Of a DNA stretch of 64,000 nt, positions 1 through 8,200 are shown in pieces (the first letter of the stretch is position 1; every line of letters begins with the position of its first letter). The notes under the pieces are model-generated. The model did not search any database and had not been told where the DNA came from. It saw only the letters and a program-made list of their open reading frames with translations. Origin of the DNA: Alphaproteobacteria bacterium (GTDB taxonomy: Bacteria > Pseudomonadota > Alphaproteobacteria > UBA8366); assembly GCA_049601975.1 (NCBI GenBank), contig JBMYRC010000009.1, positions 414-64,413 on the forward strand, in the 5' to 3' direction. A program made the position numbers and the translations under genes.

Positions 1-261
1 CACCATGATGTAACCCAAAAGTGGCTTCATCGATTCCAGCTCAAGGGATCGATAACGGAGTAGGTCGTCTTCCCCTCTCAGGGCGTACCAAAGTCGGCAA
101 GCATCATCCGGCCGAGCCTCCTCGATTTGAAGTGAACCCGAATTCCATATCAAGTTGAACTCAGCGGGACCACATTCTCTGATGAAAAGTTCAACCGCCT
201 GCCAATCGTCATCGGCGATCAGCCGGGAGAGACGGTCGTCGTCTTCGCTCCAAACACTCAT
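1..261 (-). CDS. hypothetical protein, partial (runs off the window start)
   Basis: My own translation of the minus strand from ATG (261-259) is open for all 87 codons down to position 1 (MSVWSEDDDRLSRLIADDDWQAVELFIREC...). The ATG overlaps the TGA of the upstream amidohydrolase (ATGA). It is absent from the ORF track because no stop lies in the window. No family recognised. Confidence 0.4.
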   Translation of the reverse strand, partial: MSVWSEDDDRLSRLIADDDWQAVELFIRECGPAEFNLIWNSGSLQIEEARPDDACRLWYALRGEDDLLRYRSLELESMKPLLGYIMV

Positions 262-1430
262 ACAGGCGATAGTTCCTGTTCTACCAGCGCCGCCCAATAA
301 CTGGCGCCATAGAGCGCGGCCTCGTCGTTGAAGTCGTAATTCGGATTGTGCACGACACAACCGCCATCTTCGCCTTCGCCGTTACCGACACGGATATAAC
401 ATCCGGGGCGTTCCTGCAGCATCCAAGCAAAATCCTCGGAGCCCATGGTCGGCGGATGATCGGTATTGACGTTTTCCGCGCCGACGACGATCGCGGCCGC
501 GGCGGCGGCTTTTACGGTTTCCTCCGGCGTATTGACCAAGACAGGATAGCGCCGGTCATAGATGATTTCAGCCGTCAGACCATGCGCGCTGGCGACACCC
601 TCGATGACCTGCCTCATGCGGGCTTCCACCGTATCCTGCACCGCGCGGCCGAGTGCACGACACGTGCCCTTTATGCTCACCGTCTCAGGAATAACGTTCA
701 TATTCGTGCCGGCGTGAAACTGGGTCACGCTGATCACCGCGGCCTCGACCGGATTGGTCGTACGCGAAACGATACGCTGCAACGCCGTGACGATCTCCGC
801 CCCCGTTACGATGGGATCCGCGCCCTGATGGGGATGCGCGGCGTGCGATCCCTTGCCCTTTACGGTGATCTCGAACATGTCGGCGGAAGCCATCGACGGG
901 CCGACCCGCATGCCGAACTTGCCAATGGGAAGGCCCGGTTGATTATGCATGCCGTACACTGCTTCCACCGGGAACAGCTCAAACAATCCGTCCTCGCACA
1001 TCACGCGTCCACCCGCTTCATTCTCTTCCGCAGGCTGAAAAATGAACTGGACAGTGCCGTTGAATCGCCGAGTCTCGGACAGATATTTTGCGGCCCCGAG
1101 CAACATTGTCGTGTGCCCATCATGCCCGCAGGCGTGCATCTTACCGGCATGAATCGAGACATGATCGAAAGTGTTTTCTTCGTGGATATCGAGCGCGTCC
1201 AAATCGGCCCGCAAACCAATGGCGCGGTTCGAATTCCCGACCGTTAGCGTCCCGACCACGCCGGTCGTGGCAAGCCCGCGATGGACGTCTAAGCCAAACG
1301 CCTCAAGCTTTTCCGCGACGATGTCAGAGGTCCTGGTTTCTTCGAAAGCGGTTTCTGGATGAGCGTGAATGTCACGCCGCCACGTCCGCATTTCCGCAGC
1401 GAACGCTGCGATCTCTTCCTTCACCGCCAT
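258..1430 (-). CDS. M20 family amidohydrolase (hippurate hydrolase / aminoacylase-like)
   Basis: 390-aa ORF. Contains RRDIHAHPE, ACGHDGH and FQPAEE, which are typical of peptidase M20D amidohydrolases. Confidence 0.85.
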   Translation of the reverse strand: MAVKEEIAAFAAEMRTWRRDIHAHPETAFEETRTSDIVAEKLEAFGLDVHRGLATTGVVGTLTVGNSNRAIGLRADLDALDIHEENTFDHVSIHAGKMHACGHDGHTTMLLGAAKYLSETRRFNGTVQFIFQPAEENEAGGRVMCEDGLFELFPVEAVYGMHNQPGLPIGKFGMRVGPSMASADMFEITVKGKGSHAAHPHQGADPIVTGAEIVTALQRIVSRTTNPVEAAVISVTQFHAGTNMNVIPETVSIKGTCRALGRAVQDTVEARMRQVIEGVASAHGLTAEIIYDRRYPVLVNTPEETVKAAAAAAIVVGAENVNTDHPPTMGSEDFAWMLQERPGCYIRVGNGEGEDGGCVVHNPNYDFNDEAALYGASYWAALVEQELSPV

Positions 1431-1450
1431 GAAACTTATCCCTTTCTCGG

Positions 1451-2536
1451 TTAGACTCGGAAGCGGGTCACCGCGCCCTCGTCCAAAATCAATCCATGTC
1501 CCGGCGCGTCGAGCGGCGCCATCATACCGCCTGACGGTTCCGGCATATTTTGCAGAATCTCCGTCGAGCGCGGCATGTATTCGACCATATCACCAGCCGG
1601 AACGGAAGCCAGCAAGTGCACATGAACTTCGGGGACGACGTGACCGCAGACCGGCACGTTATACGCCTCGCCAAGAGCCGCCATTTTCCGCCATGGCGTT
1701 ATTCCGCCGACCCGGGCTAGATCGAGGATGATCACGTCGAGCGCTCGCGCCTCCAAACACTCGCGCGCCTGCGCCAATGTGTAATAGTGCTCGCCGCCGG
1801 TCACCGGCATATCGAACATATCGCGCAACTTCCCAAGCCCAATATAATCCTGATGGTTTATCGGATCCTCAAGCCAACCCGCCCCCGCTTCCTGCAAAGC
1901 GCGGCCAGCTTCGACCGCTTGGGTGTAACTCCAGCCTTCGGTCGCGTCGACCATGACTGTCACATCGGGACCGGCGGCGTCTTTCGCATGACGCACTCGT
2001 TCCGCCTGTTCCGCGGCGGGCGCCGTGTGACTCAATCGAAGCTTAACACCGCCATAACCCGCCTTGGCATATTCGCGAATGGACTTCTACAAATCGTCGA
2101 CCGGCGCGCTGTACCACATGCAATCGCTCGCATAGGCCACGACTTCGTGACGAAAACCGCCGAGCATCCGGAAGATTGACTGGCCGAGGCTTTTGCCGAG
2201 AGCATCCCATAGCGCGATATCAAGCGGTGCCAGCGACCAATGTAGCAACCCACCCGGCCCGGTCCAGTTGGCCCGGCGCGCCAACGATTGCCAGGCTGCT
2301 TCCGTATCCCGGACATCCATGCCAACAAGATGCTCGGCCAGTTCAGCCGCACCGGACGCAATGGTTTGCATTAGATCGCCACGGGGCTGCACGATATATC
2401 CAACCCCTTCGACCCCATCGCTGGTGCGCACGCGCGCAAGCACATGCCAATTAGCATCGACCGGACGCCCCGCCGCCTGATAGGCGTTACTCACTGGAAT
2501 TTTCAATACTTCGACGCTCGCAGATTCGATTCGCAT
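1451..2536 (-). pseudogene. enolase-superfamily enzyme (mandelate racemase/muconate lactonizing family) interrupted by one in-frame TAG
   Basis: ORFs 2087..2599 (N-terminal capping domain) and 1451..2035 (C-terminal barrel, ...VMVDATEGW...) are in the same frame. They are separated only by TAG at 2087-2089. Read-through gives ...APVDDL*KSIREYAKAGYGGVKLRLSH.... Likely start is the ATG at 2536 (MRIESASVEVLKIPV), preceded by GGGGAG. Confidence 0.75.
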
Positions 2537-2669
2537 CACCTGCTCCCCTATGCCATTTCTTATTTCAAGTGATGGTCGGTCGCGCTGATATCGCTTCACG
2601 ACTTCTCTATATTGGCCAGTATCGAATTTGTGATGTGCAGGAGGAGACCGAAAGTTCTATGGGGGCATT

Positions 2670-3515
2670 ATGAAACGTCTAATGATCAGCTGTGCCGCAT
2701 TTATTTTCTTGGCCGGCGCGTTTTGGTTCGAAGCCTTGTTCGCACCTGATGCAGAGCCGTGGCCGAAATGGGAGAAACACGATCCGGCGTCGATTGCCCG
2801 GATCGACCATTCGGACTGGGATTTAATTTTGAAATCCTACGTCCGGCCAGGCCCCGACGGCGTGAATCGTTTCGCCTATAGCCGTCTTGCGGCGGAAGAC
2901 GCCACGCAGTTACATCGCTATGTCGACCGGTTGGCTGCGATATCAATATCCCAATTCAGCCGCCGTGAGCAGCTCGCCTATTGGATCAATTTTTACAACG
3001 CCTTGACCATCCAAGTGGTCATCACCCACTACCCGATCGACAGCATTCGTGAGATCGACCTCGGCGGTGGTGGCTTCGGTGGTGGCCCGTGGGACAAGAA
3101 ACTGGTCGCCGTCGAAGGTGAGGATCTGAGCCTTTACGATATCGAGCACCGCATCTTGCGGCCCATTTGGCAGGATCCCCGCATCCATTACGCAGTGAAT
3201 TGCGCGTCGATCGGTTGCCCAAACTTGCGCCGCAGCGCTTATGAGGGTGGCACAGTCAATCGCGTCCTCGAGTCGGCGGCACGGAATTACGTCAATAACC
3301 CACGCGGTGTCTCGATCCAAAACGGTGATTTGGTTATCTCCAGCTTATACGTTTGGTTTCGTCCCGATTTCGGCGATTCCGATGCCGCAATCCTGGAACA
3401 TCTTCGACGTTATGCTGGACCCACCCTGAAATCCTCGTTGGATGGCCAGGAGACATTTTCCGACCACCGTTACGATTGGGGTCTCAACGCGACGGATTTG
3501 AGCCCGGCCCGCTGA
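2670..3515 (+). CDS. DUF547 domain-containing protein with N-terminal signal/anchor
   Basis: 281 aa. Contains the motifs AYWINFYNALTIQVV, DIEHRILRP and IHYAVNCASIGCPNL, characteristic of DUF547. Confidence 0.8.
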   Translation: MKRLMISCAAFIFLAGAFWFEALFAPDAEPWPKWEKHDPASIARIDHSDWDLILKSYVRPGPDGVNRFAYSRLAAEDATQLHRYVDRLAAISISQFSRREQLAYWINFYNALTIQVVITHYPIDSIREIDLGGGGFGGGPWDKKLVAVEGEDLSLYDIEHRILRPIWQDPRIHYAVNCASIGCPNLRRSAYEGGTVNRVLESAARNYVNNPRGVSIQNGDLVISSLYVWFRPDFGDSDAAILEHLRRYAGPTLKSSLDGQETFSDHRYDWGLNATDLSPAR

Positions 3516-3703
3516 CGAGTGGATTTGTAGAACCAGGCGAGCCAAGCCGATGAGACACCGAGATGAAACAGCAAGTGGATTACGACCCAACCCCAGACCA
3601 TCGCCACCGGGTGGCGCCTTCTAAACCGGCGGAAAGACACCGAAGGGCGCGTCACGAAATTGTAAGTTCAATTCGCACGACTCAACGCCGCATAATGCAG
3701 CCT

Positions 3704-4227
3704 ATGTAACCTATCGCTCCGATCCTTGTCATTCTAGCATCATTAGCGTCCGTCGCCTCGGCGAGAACGCCACTCAAGTTCGATGCGGATTTTCAGCCGG
3801 CGCTCGCTGCCCTCCCATCGATTGGCGTGGGCACCATCGCACCAAACGAAGGTAAGATCGTTGTCGTGACGTTTTTCGCCAGTTGGTGGCCGCCCTGACG
3901 TTGGGAATTTTAATCCTTGAAAGCGATTGGGAAGAAATACAGCGAAGCGGACGTATCCATCATCGCCGTCAACTGGTTCGAGGATTGGGGTAACCGTGAC
4001 GGCGGTAAGCGCATGCAACGGTTTTTCAAAGGCACCGGCCCAGATTTTCATTGGTCGTTGGCAATAAGGATATCATCAACCGATTCGGCGGCGTTGACTG
4101 AATCCCGACACTCTTCGTCTTTGACCGGCAAGGTCGTTAGGCCTATTCCTTCATTCATTTCGAAGGGTCGAAGAAAATGCACGTCGGATCGGATGAACTC
4201 ATCGGCGTGATTGATACACTTCGATAA
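3704..4227 (+). pseudogene. TlpA-like periplasmic thiol:disulfide oxidoreductase (thioredoxin fold), decayed
   Basis: Manual translation: ATG 3704, TAA 3707, then a signal-like PIAPILVILASLASVASA, then ...GKIVVVTFFASWWPP[TGA 3896]RWEF[TAA 3911]SLKAIGKKYSEADVSIIAVNW.... A frame change follows near 4045-4050, then ...NKDIINRFGGVD[TGA 4099]IPTLFVFDRQGR[TAG 4138]AYSF...DELIGVIDTLR[TAA 4225]. Confidence 0.7.
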
Positions 4228-4242
4228 AATGGGCGTGCTACA

Positions 4243-4713
4243 TTGTCGGCAATGACCGATGACGACAATACAAGGACACCCGGCCGCGCTGCACAAATTG
4301 TGCGTGGGGTCTCACGCTTCCTTGTGGAGCGCGGCGAAAGTTGCCTCACTGAGTTCACCTTGAAGACGGGCCGCAGGGTCGATGTGATCGCTCTAGACCG
4401 GAAGGGCAGGATCGCGGTCGTCGAGGTCAAATCCTCGGTCGCCGATTTTCGCTCCGATCGGAAATGGTCTGAGTATCTTGAGTATTGCGATCTTTTTTTC
4501 TTCGCCGTCGACGCGGATTTCCCGCAGGAGATATTGCCGCCCGACTGCGGCATTATCTTGGCCGATGCCTATGGCGCTGCGATCATACGAGACTCTTCCC
4601 CAAATACCCTGAACGCGGCGCGGCGCAAAGCCGTCACGCTTCGCTTCGCGCGAACCAGCGCCGGCCGATTGCTTGGATATACCGATCCCAACTGGATTCG
4701 CGGATATCTCTAA
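4243..4713 (+). CDS. mmcB: MmcB family DNA repair protein (PD-(D/E)XK-like)
   Basis: 156 aa. Contains VDVIALDRKGRIAVVEVKSSVADFRSDRKWSEYLEYCDLFFFAV, typical of the MmcB family. Start is TTG 4243 or ATG 4252. Confidence 0.7.
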   Translation: MSAMTDDDNTRTPGRAAQIVRGVSRFLVERGESCLTEFTLKTGRRVDVIALDRKGRIAVVEVKSSVADFRSDRKWSEYLEYCDLFFFAVDADFPQEILPPDCGIILADAYGAAIIRDSSPNTLNAARRKAVTLRFARTSAGRLLGYTDPNWIRGYL

Positions 4714-4716
4714 CGC

Positions 4717-5099
4717 TCAACGACCCGATTCGATACGCTGTAATTCTTCCCAGAATTCCTTGAAAACTTCGGTGCGGATTTGCGCCTCGGATTCGTGGCC
4801 TTGGACACGGTCCGGATGGTAGCGACGGGCAAAAGCGGACTTAGCCTGGCGGAACTTCTGATCCACCGCCTGATCGGCGACCAGTGCACCAGCAAGTCTG
4901 CTTTGCAGGCGAGAATTTCTTCACGATGGTAATCCAATGTGTTCTGCAACGCCTGTTCCGCGTCGTGCAGTGCGATTTCGGATTTGCGGAGCTTAACCGC
5001 CAGCTCGCTCTCGCGGCTGCGTTGGCATTTATACACCACATAGCCGCCGAGTATCAGTAGCAGAAGTATGATGAGCCCTGATAAGGTATAAGTCGGCAT
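4717..5099 (-). pseudogene. membrane-anchored J-domain (DnaJ-like) protein, frameshifted
   Basis: The ORF frame gives a TM helix plus coiled coil (MPTYTLSGLIILLLLILGGYVVYK...). A different frame, open 4920..4720, encodes ...DQKFRQAKSAFARRYHPDRVQGHESEAQIRTEVFKEFWEELQRIESGR* with the HPD signature and no plausible start of its own. Confidence 0.6.
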
Positions 5100-5105
5100 C
5101 GGGGC

Positions 5106-6566
5106 TCAACTCTCGAGGCGTTGAATTGTCGCGGTGGTGCTATGCCCGTCGAGCAATTCCGCCAACACAACCTCTCCTCCCCAGCTTTTCACGTCCTTGG
5201 CACCGACCACTTCGTCAACCGAATAGTCGGCGCCCTTAATCAAAACATCCGGCTTGAGAGCCCGTATCAACTCGAGCGGTGTGTCTTCAGCGAAAACGAC
5301 CACCGCGTCCACATCGGCAAGCGACGCCAACACAGTCGCGCGGCTAGCTTCGTTTTGTACCGGACGGCCTTTGCCCTTCAAGCGCACTATCGATGCATCG
5401 CTGTTCAAACCCACGATCAAGCGATCGCATTTTCGCCGCGCCTGCGCGATCAGTGACACATGACCCGGATGCAACAGATCGAAGCATCCATTGGTGAACC
5501 CGACTCTGCGGCCCTGCCGGCGCCACGCCGCGACGCGTTCGTCAGCGACCGAGGCGGGTAAAACCTTCGCTTCCGCATCGGACCATTCCCCTTCATGCGT
5601 AGCGGAAAGGATTTCCGCCGGGCGGACGACCGCGGTCCCGACCTTGCTGACGACAACGCTCGCCGCAATGTTGGCGAATTGTGCCGCGTCAGAGAGCGTC
5701 GTCGCAATTGAGAGCGCTGCCGCGACCGCCGCCGCGACCGTATCACCCGCACCCGAGACGTCGAACACTTCGCGCGCTCGCGCCGGAAAATGATAAACGT
5801 CGTCACCATCGACGAGCGTCATTCCTTGCTCACTTCGTGTCGCCAATACCGCGTCCACGCCCGTGGCTGAAATCAGGTGCTTGCAGGCAGCCTCGACCGA
5901 TGTATCGTCGGAGGTCAGCATATTCGTGGCCAGCGCCAATTCGTGGCGATTGGGGGTTACGACCCGCGCGCCCGAATATCGGCGATAGTCGTTGCCTTTC
6001 GGGTCGACAACCACAGGACAATTCGTGGCCCGCGCCGCATCAATCAATCGCCGCAGCAACGCATCACTCAAAACGCCTTTGCCGTAATCGGACAACAGGA
6101 GCGCACCCGCGTTCGGCATTTCCGCCTCTACTTGGGCGACGATACGGTCTCGGAAGTCGAGTGGAATCTCCTCAACCGTCTCCCGATCAGCCCGCATCAT
6201 TTGTTGCCCCGATGCGACATAGCGCGTCTTGATCGAGGTCCGTCGTCCAGGGACACCATGGACTCCCGCATCCGATTGCGCCTCTTCGGCGATCAAACTC
6301 CGTATTTCGCCACCGGCATCGTCGTCACCGAGCACCGTCATTAAATGCGCCGTGCCGCCAAGCGCCACAAGATTACGCAACACATTGCCAGAAGCACCCA
6401 ACATCGAGGTTTCCCTGCGCACCGTGAAGACAGGGATCGGCGCTTCCGGCGATATGCGATCCACCACCCCGTCGACAAAACGGTCGAGCATGGTGTCGCC
6501 GACGACGATCACATTCGCACCGCTCAAGCGTTCGACGATAGCAGAAATTGAAGCATTGCGCGTCAT
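5106..6566 (-). CDS. hldE: bifunctional D-glycero-beta-D-manno-heptose-7-phosphate kinase / heptose-1-phosphate adenylyltransferase
   Basis: N-terminal ribokinase-like domain (VIVVGDTMLDRF, DVSGAGDT) and C-terminal cytidylyltransferase domain (GFTNGCFDLLHPGHVSLI). I place the start at ATG 6566 (MTRNASISAIV). The ORF-track N-terminal extension overlaps the neighbouring pseudogene. Confidence 0.9.
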   Translation of the reverse strand: MTRNASISAIVERLSGANVIVVGDTMLDRFVDGVVDRISPEAPIPVFTVRRETSMLGASGNVLRNLVALGGTAHLMTVLGDDDAGGEIRSLIAEEAQSDAGVHGVPGRRTSIKTRYVASGQQMMRADRETVEEIPLDFRDRIVAQVEAEMPNAGALLLSDYGKGVLSDALLRRLIDAARATNCPVVVDPKGNDYRRYSGARVVTPNRHELALATNMLTSDDTSVEAACKHLISATGVDAVLATRSEQGMTLVDGDDVYHFPARAREVFDVSGAGDTVAAAVAAALSIATTLSDAAQFANIAASVVVSKVGTAVVRPAEILSATHEGEWSDAEAKVLPASVADERVAAWRRQGRRVGFTNGCFDLLHPGHVSLIAQARRKCDRLIVGLNSDASIVRLKGKGRPVQNEASRATVLASLADVDAVVVFAEDTPLELIRALKPDVLIKGADYSVDEVVGAKDVKSWGGEVVLAELLDGHSTTATIQRLES

Positions 6567-6595
6567 GTCAGTCGTCTCCAAAAAATACCTTGGGC

Positions 6596-7140
6596 TCAGG
6601 TCTGTAACACGTCGCGGGCTGTATCGGTAAATACCATCACCTTCAAACACCCACTCCACACAGCACCAGTATCGAGTTCAATCTGGTTCCCCCGAACCTC
6701 CGGCGAAGACACCGTGGAATGTCCATGCACGCCCGTATAACCCCAATCCTTCGTGGAATCGAAAAAGGGTTAGCGAATCCACATCATCTCTTCGTCAGTT
6801 TGCCGGTCCAACTGCAGACCCGGCCGCAGCCCCGCATGAACGAATAGATAGTCGCCCTTGATATAAAACATCCGCAATCCGTCAAAAAACGCGCGATGCG
6901 CCGGCGGTCGCCGGTCCGCAAATGCGTCACGTGGCCGCGTCGCCATCGTCTTCGATCCCATAACTGCGAAACGTCGCCCCCGCGCCATTGTATAGCAAGA
7001 TCGTCGCGTTCTCAAACTTCTCACCCAAGCCAACGACCGAGACCTGCATTCCTCATTTAGCGTCAATCTGAATGTTAGCACTTTATTATCGCGTGAGTTC
7101 ACCGAATTCGATACATCGCTACGAACCGGCGGACGCGGGA
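6596..7140 (-). pseudogene. metallophosphoesterase (ApaH/PrpA-like Ser/Thr phosphatase), decayed
   Basis: ...FFDGLRMFYIKGDYLFVHAGLRPGLQLDRQTDEEMMWIR[TAA 6770-6772]PFFDSTKDWGYTGVHGHSTVSSPEVRGNQIELDTGAV... stays in one frame. The upstream part (..YNGAGATFRSYGIEDDGDAAT) is in another frame that stops at TGA 6927-6929. The N-terminal YAIGDIHG-like region (about 7105-7125) is heavily mutated and carries stops. Confidence 0.65.
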
Positions 7141-7145
7141 CGATC

Positions 7146-7565
7146 GTGCTGGAGCTTCAGCTGATCGATATTTACAGCGACGTCGCGAATTATATGTTCG
7201 CCCGAGATTTCGTGCGCGAACGCGGATACCGTATTTGCGTCAACGGTGTCACCCATCAAAGCTTGCCCTTGATCGACCGCCAAGCGCTGGGGGCGGACTT
7301 GATAAAGTTGGCCTGGTTGCCGGAATTAGCGGACGGAGTCTTTGACGAAACTCGCGCCGCCTTGGCCAAACAGGTCGAGCGCGCCGGATCTTCCCGGGTT
7401 ATTCTGGCGCGATGCGACGCACCGGCGGCCATCCGGCTCGGCCAATCGATGTGCGTGTCGATGTACCAAGGACGCTATCTCGACACCGTTCTGCAAAAAC
7501 AAGCCCGCCGGCGCAACGAGCACTGTCCGTCACGGAATTTCCAAGCCATCGAAGACGCCGCTTAA
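7146..7565 (+). CDS. EAL-like domain fragment (C-terminal two thirds only); possible 5'-truncated gene remnant
   Basis: 139 aa. ...LELQLID...GYRICVNGVTHQSL...ADLIKLAW...MYQGRYL resembles the distal part of an EAL phosphodiesterase fold with degenerate catalytic positions. The frame is closed by TGA at 7095, so the N-terminal part of the domain is absent. GTG start. Confidence 0.35.
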   Translation: MLELQLIDIYSDVANYMFARDFVRERGYRICVNGVTHQSLPLIDRQALGADLIKLAWLPELADGVFDETRAALAKQVERAGSSRVILARCDAPAAIRLGQSMCVSMYQGRYLDTVLQKQARRRNEHCPSRNFQAIEDAA

Positions 7566-7609
7566 CAAGAGGAAGCGGAGGAGAAGGCCGAAGAGGCGAG
7601 CTAAATACC

Positions 7610-8161
7610 TTAGTTTCTCGGTGCGTGTTTGTTCAAGATACGCTGCAACGTTCTGCGGTGCATCTTAAGCCGCCGAGCGGTCTCGGAAACGTTCCGTCCA
7701 CATTGCTCGAAGACGCGTTGGATATGCTCCCACCGCACCCGGTCCGCGGACATTGGGTCCTTGGGAGGTCCCGGCAACGGACGTTTCGTTTCCAACAACG
7801 ACGCCGCAATATCATCCGCATTTGCCGGTTTCGGGAGATAGTCGACGGCTCCCGCCTTAATCGCGGCGACGGCTGTTGCGATATTTCCATAACCGGTCAG
7901 CATGACAATACGGCAATCCGGTTTCGCTTGTCGAAGAGCATGCACAATTTCAAAGCCGTTGCCATCGTCGAGGCGCAAATCGATGACCGCATAGGCGGGC
8001 GGGTTTTCAACTGCGAGCTCAATGCCGTCAGCTACATTTTCGGCGGCGGTGACGGTAAATCCACGTGATTCCATTGCTCGTACGAGTCGCGTTCTCAACG
8101 GCGCGTCGTCATCGACGATCAATAGGGTGCGCTCATTCGCCCGCGCGTTCAATTCATTCAT
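7610..8161 (-). CDS. regA: redox-responsive two-component response regulator RegA/PrrA/ActR
   Basis: Receiver domain (LLIVDDD...DLRLDDGNG...KPA) followed by the highly conserved C-terminal HTH NVSETARRLKMHRRTLQRIL. Confidence 0.9.
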   Translation of the reverse strand: MNELNARANERTLLIVDDDAPLRTRLVRAMESRGFTVTAAENVADGIELAVENPPAYAVIDLRLDDGNGFEIVHALRQAKPDCRIVMLTGYGNIATAVAAIKAGAVDYLPKPANADDIAASLLETKRPLPGPPKDPMSADRVRWEHIQRVFEQCGRNVSETARRLKMHRRTLQRILNKHAPRN

Positions 8162-8200
8162 CGCGGCACTCTATTCCTCTCACCAAGCCAAAAACTCTAT

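Noticed and set aside
348-1247. Long antisense or overlapping ORFs opposite real genes (for example 348..1247, 22755..23663, 38685..39635, 44145..45392, 45900..46613, 25123..25776)
   Set aside because: They lie opposite or out of frame with strongly conserved genes and have Arg/Pro/Ala-rich low-complexity translations typical of shadow ORFs in GC-rich DNA. None shows a recognisable domain.
3470-3655. 61-aa minus-strand ORF (..HPVAMVWGWVVIHLLFHLGVSSAWLAWFY..), possibly the N-terminal stub of a membrane desaturase-like protein
   Set aside because: The resemblance is only vague and hydrophobic. It overlaps the 3' end of the DUF547 gene, has a GTG start and no clear RBS. It cannot be supported without a homology search.
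3896-3898. TGA at the CxxC cysteine position of the TlpA-like gene as a selenocysteine codon
   Set aside because: The same reading frame also contains TAA and TAG stops and a frameshift, and the first active-site Cys is replaced by Trp. The gene as a whole is a relic.
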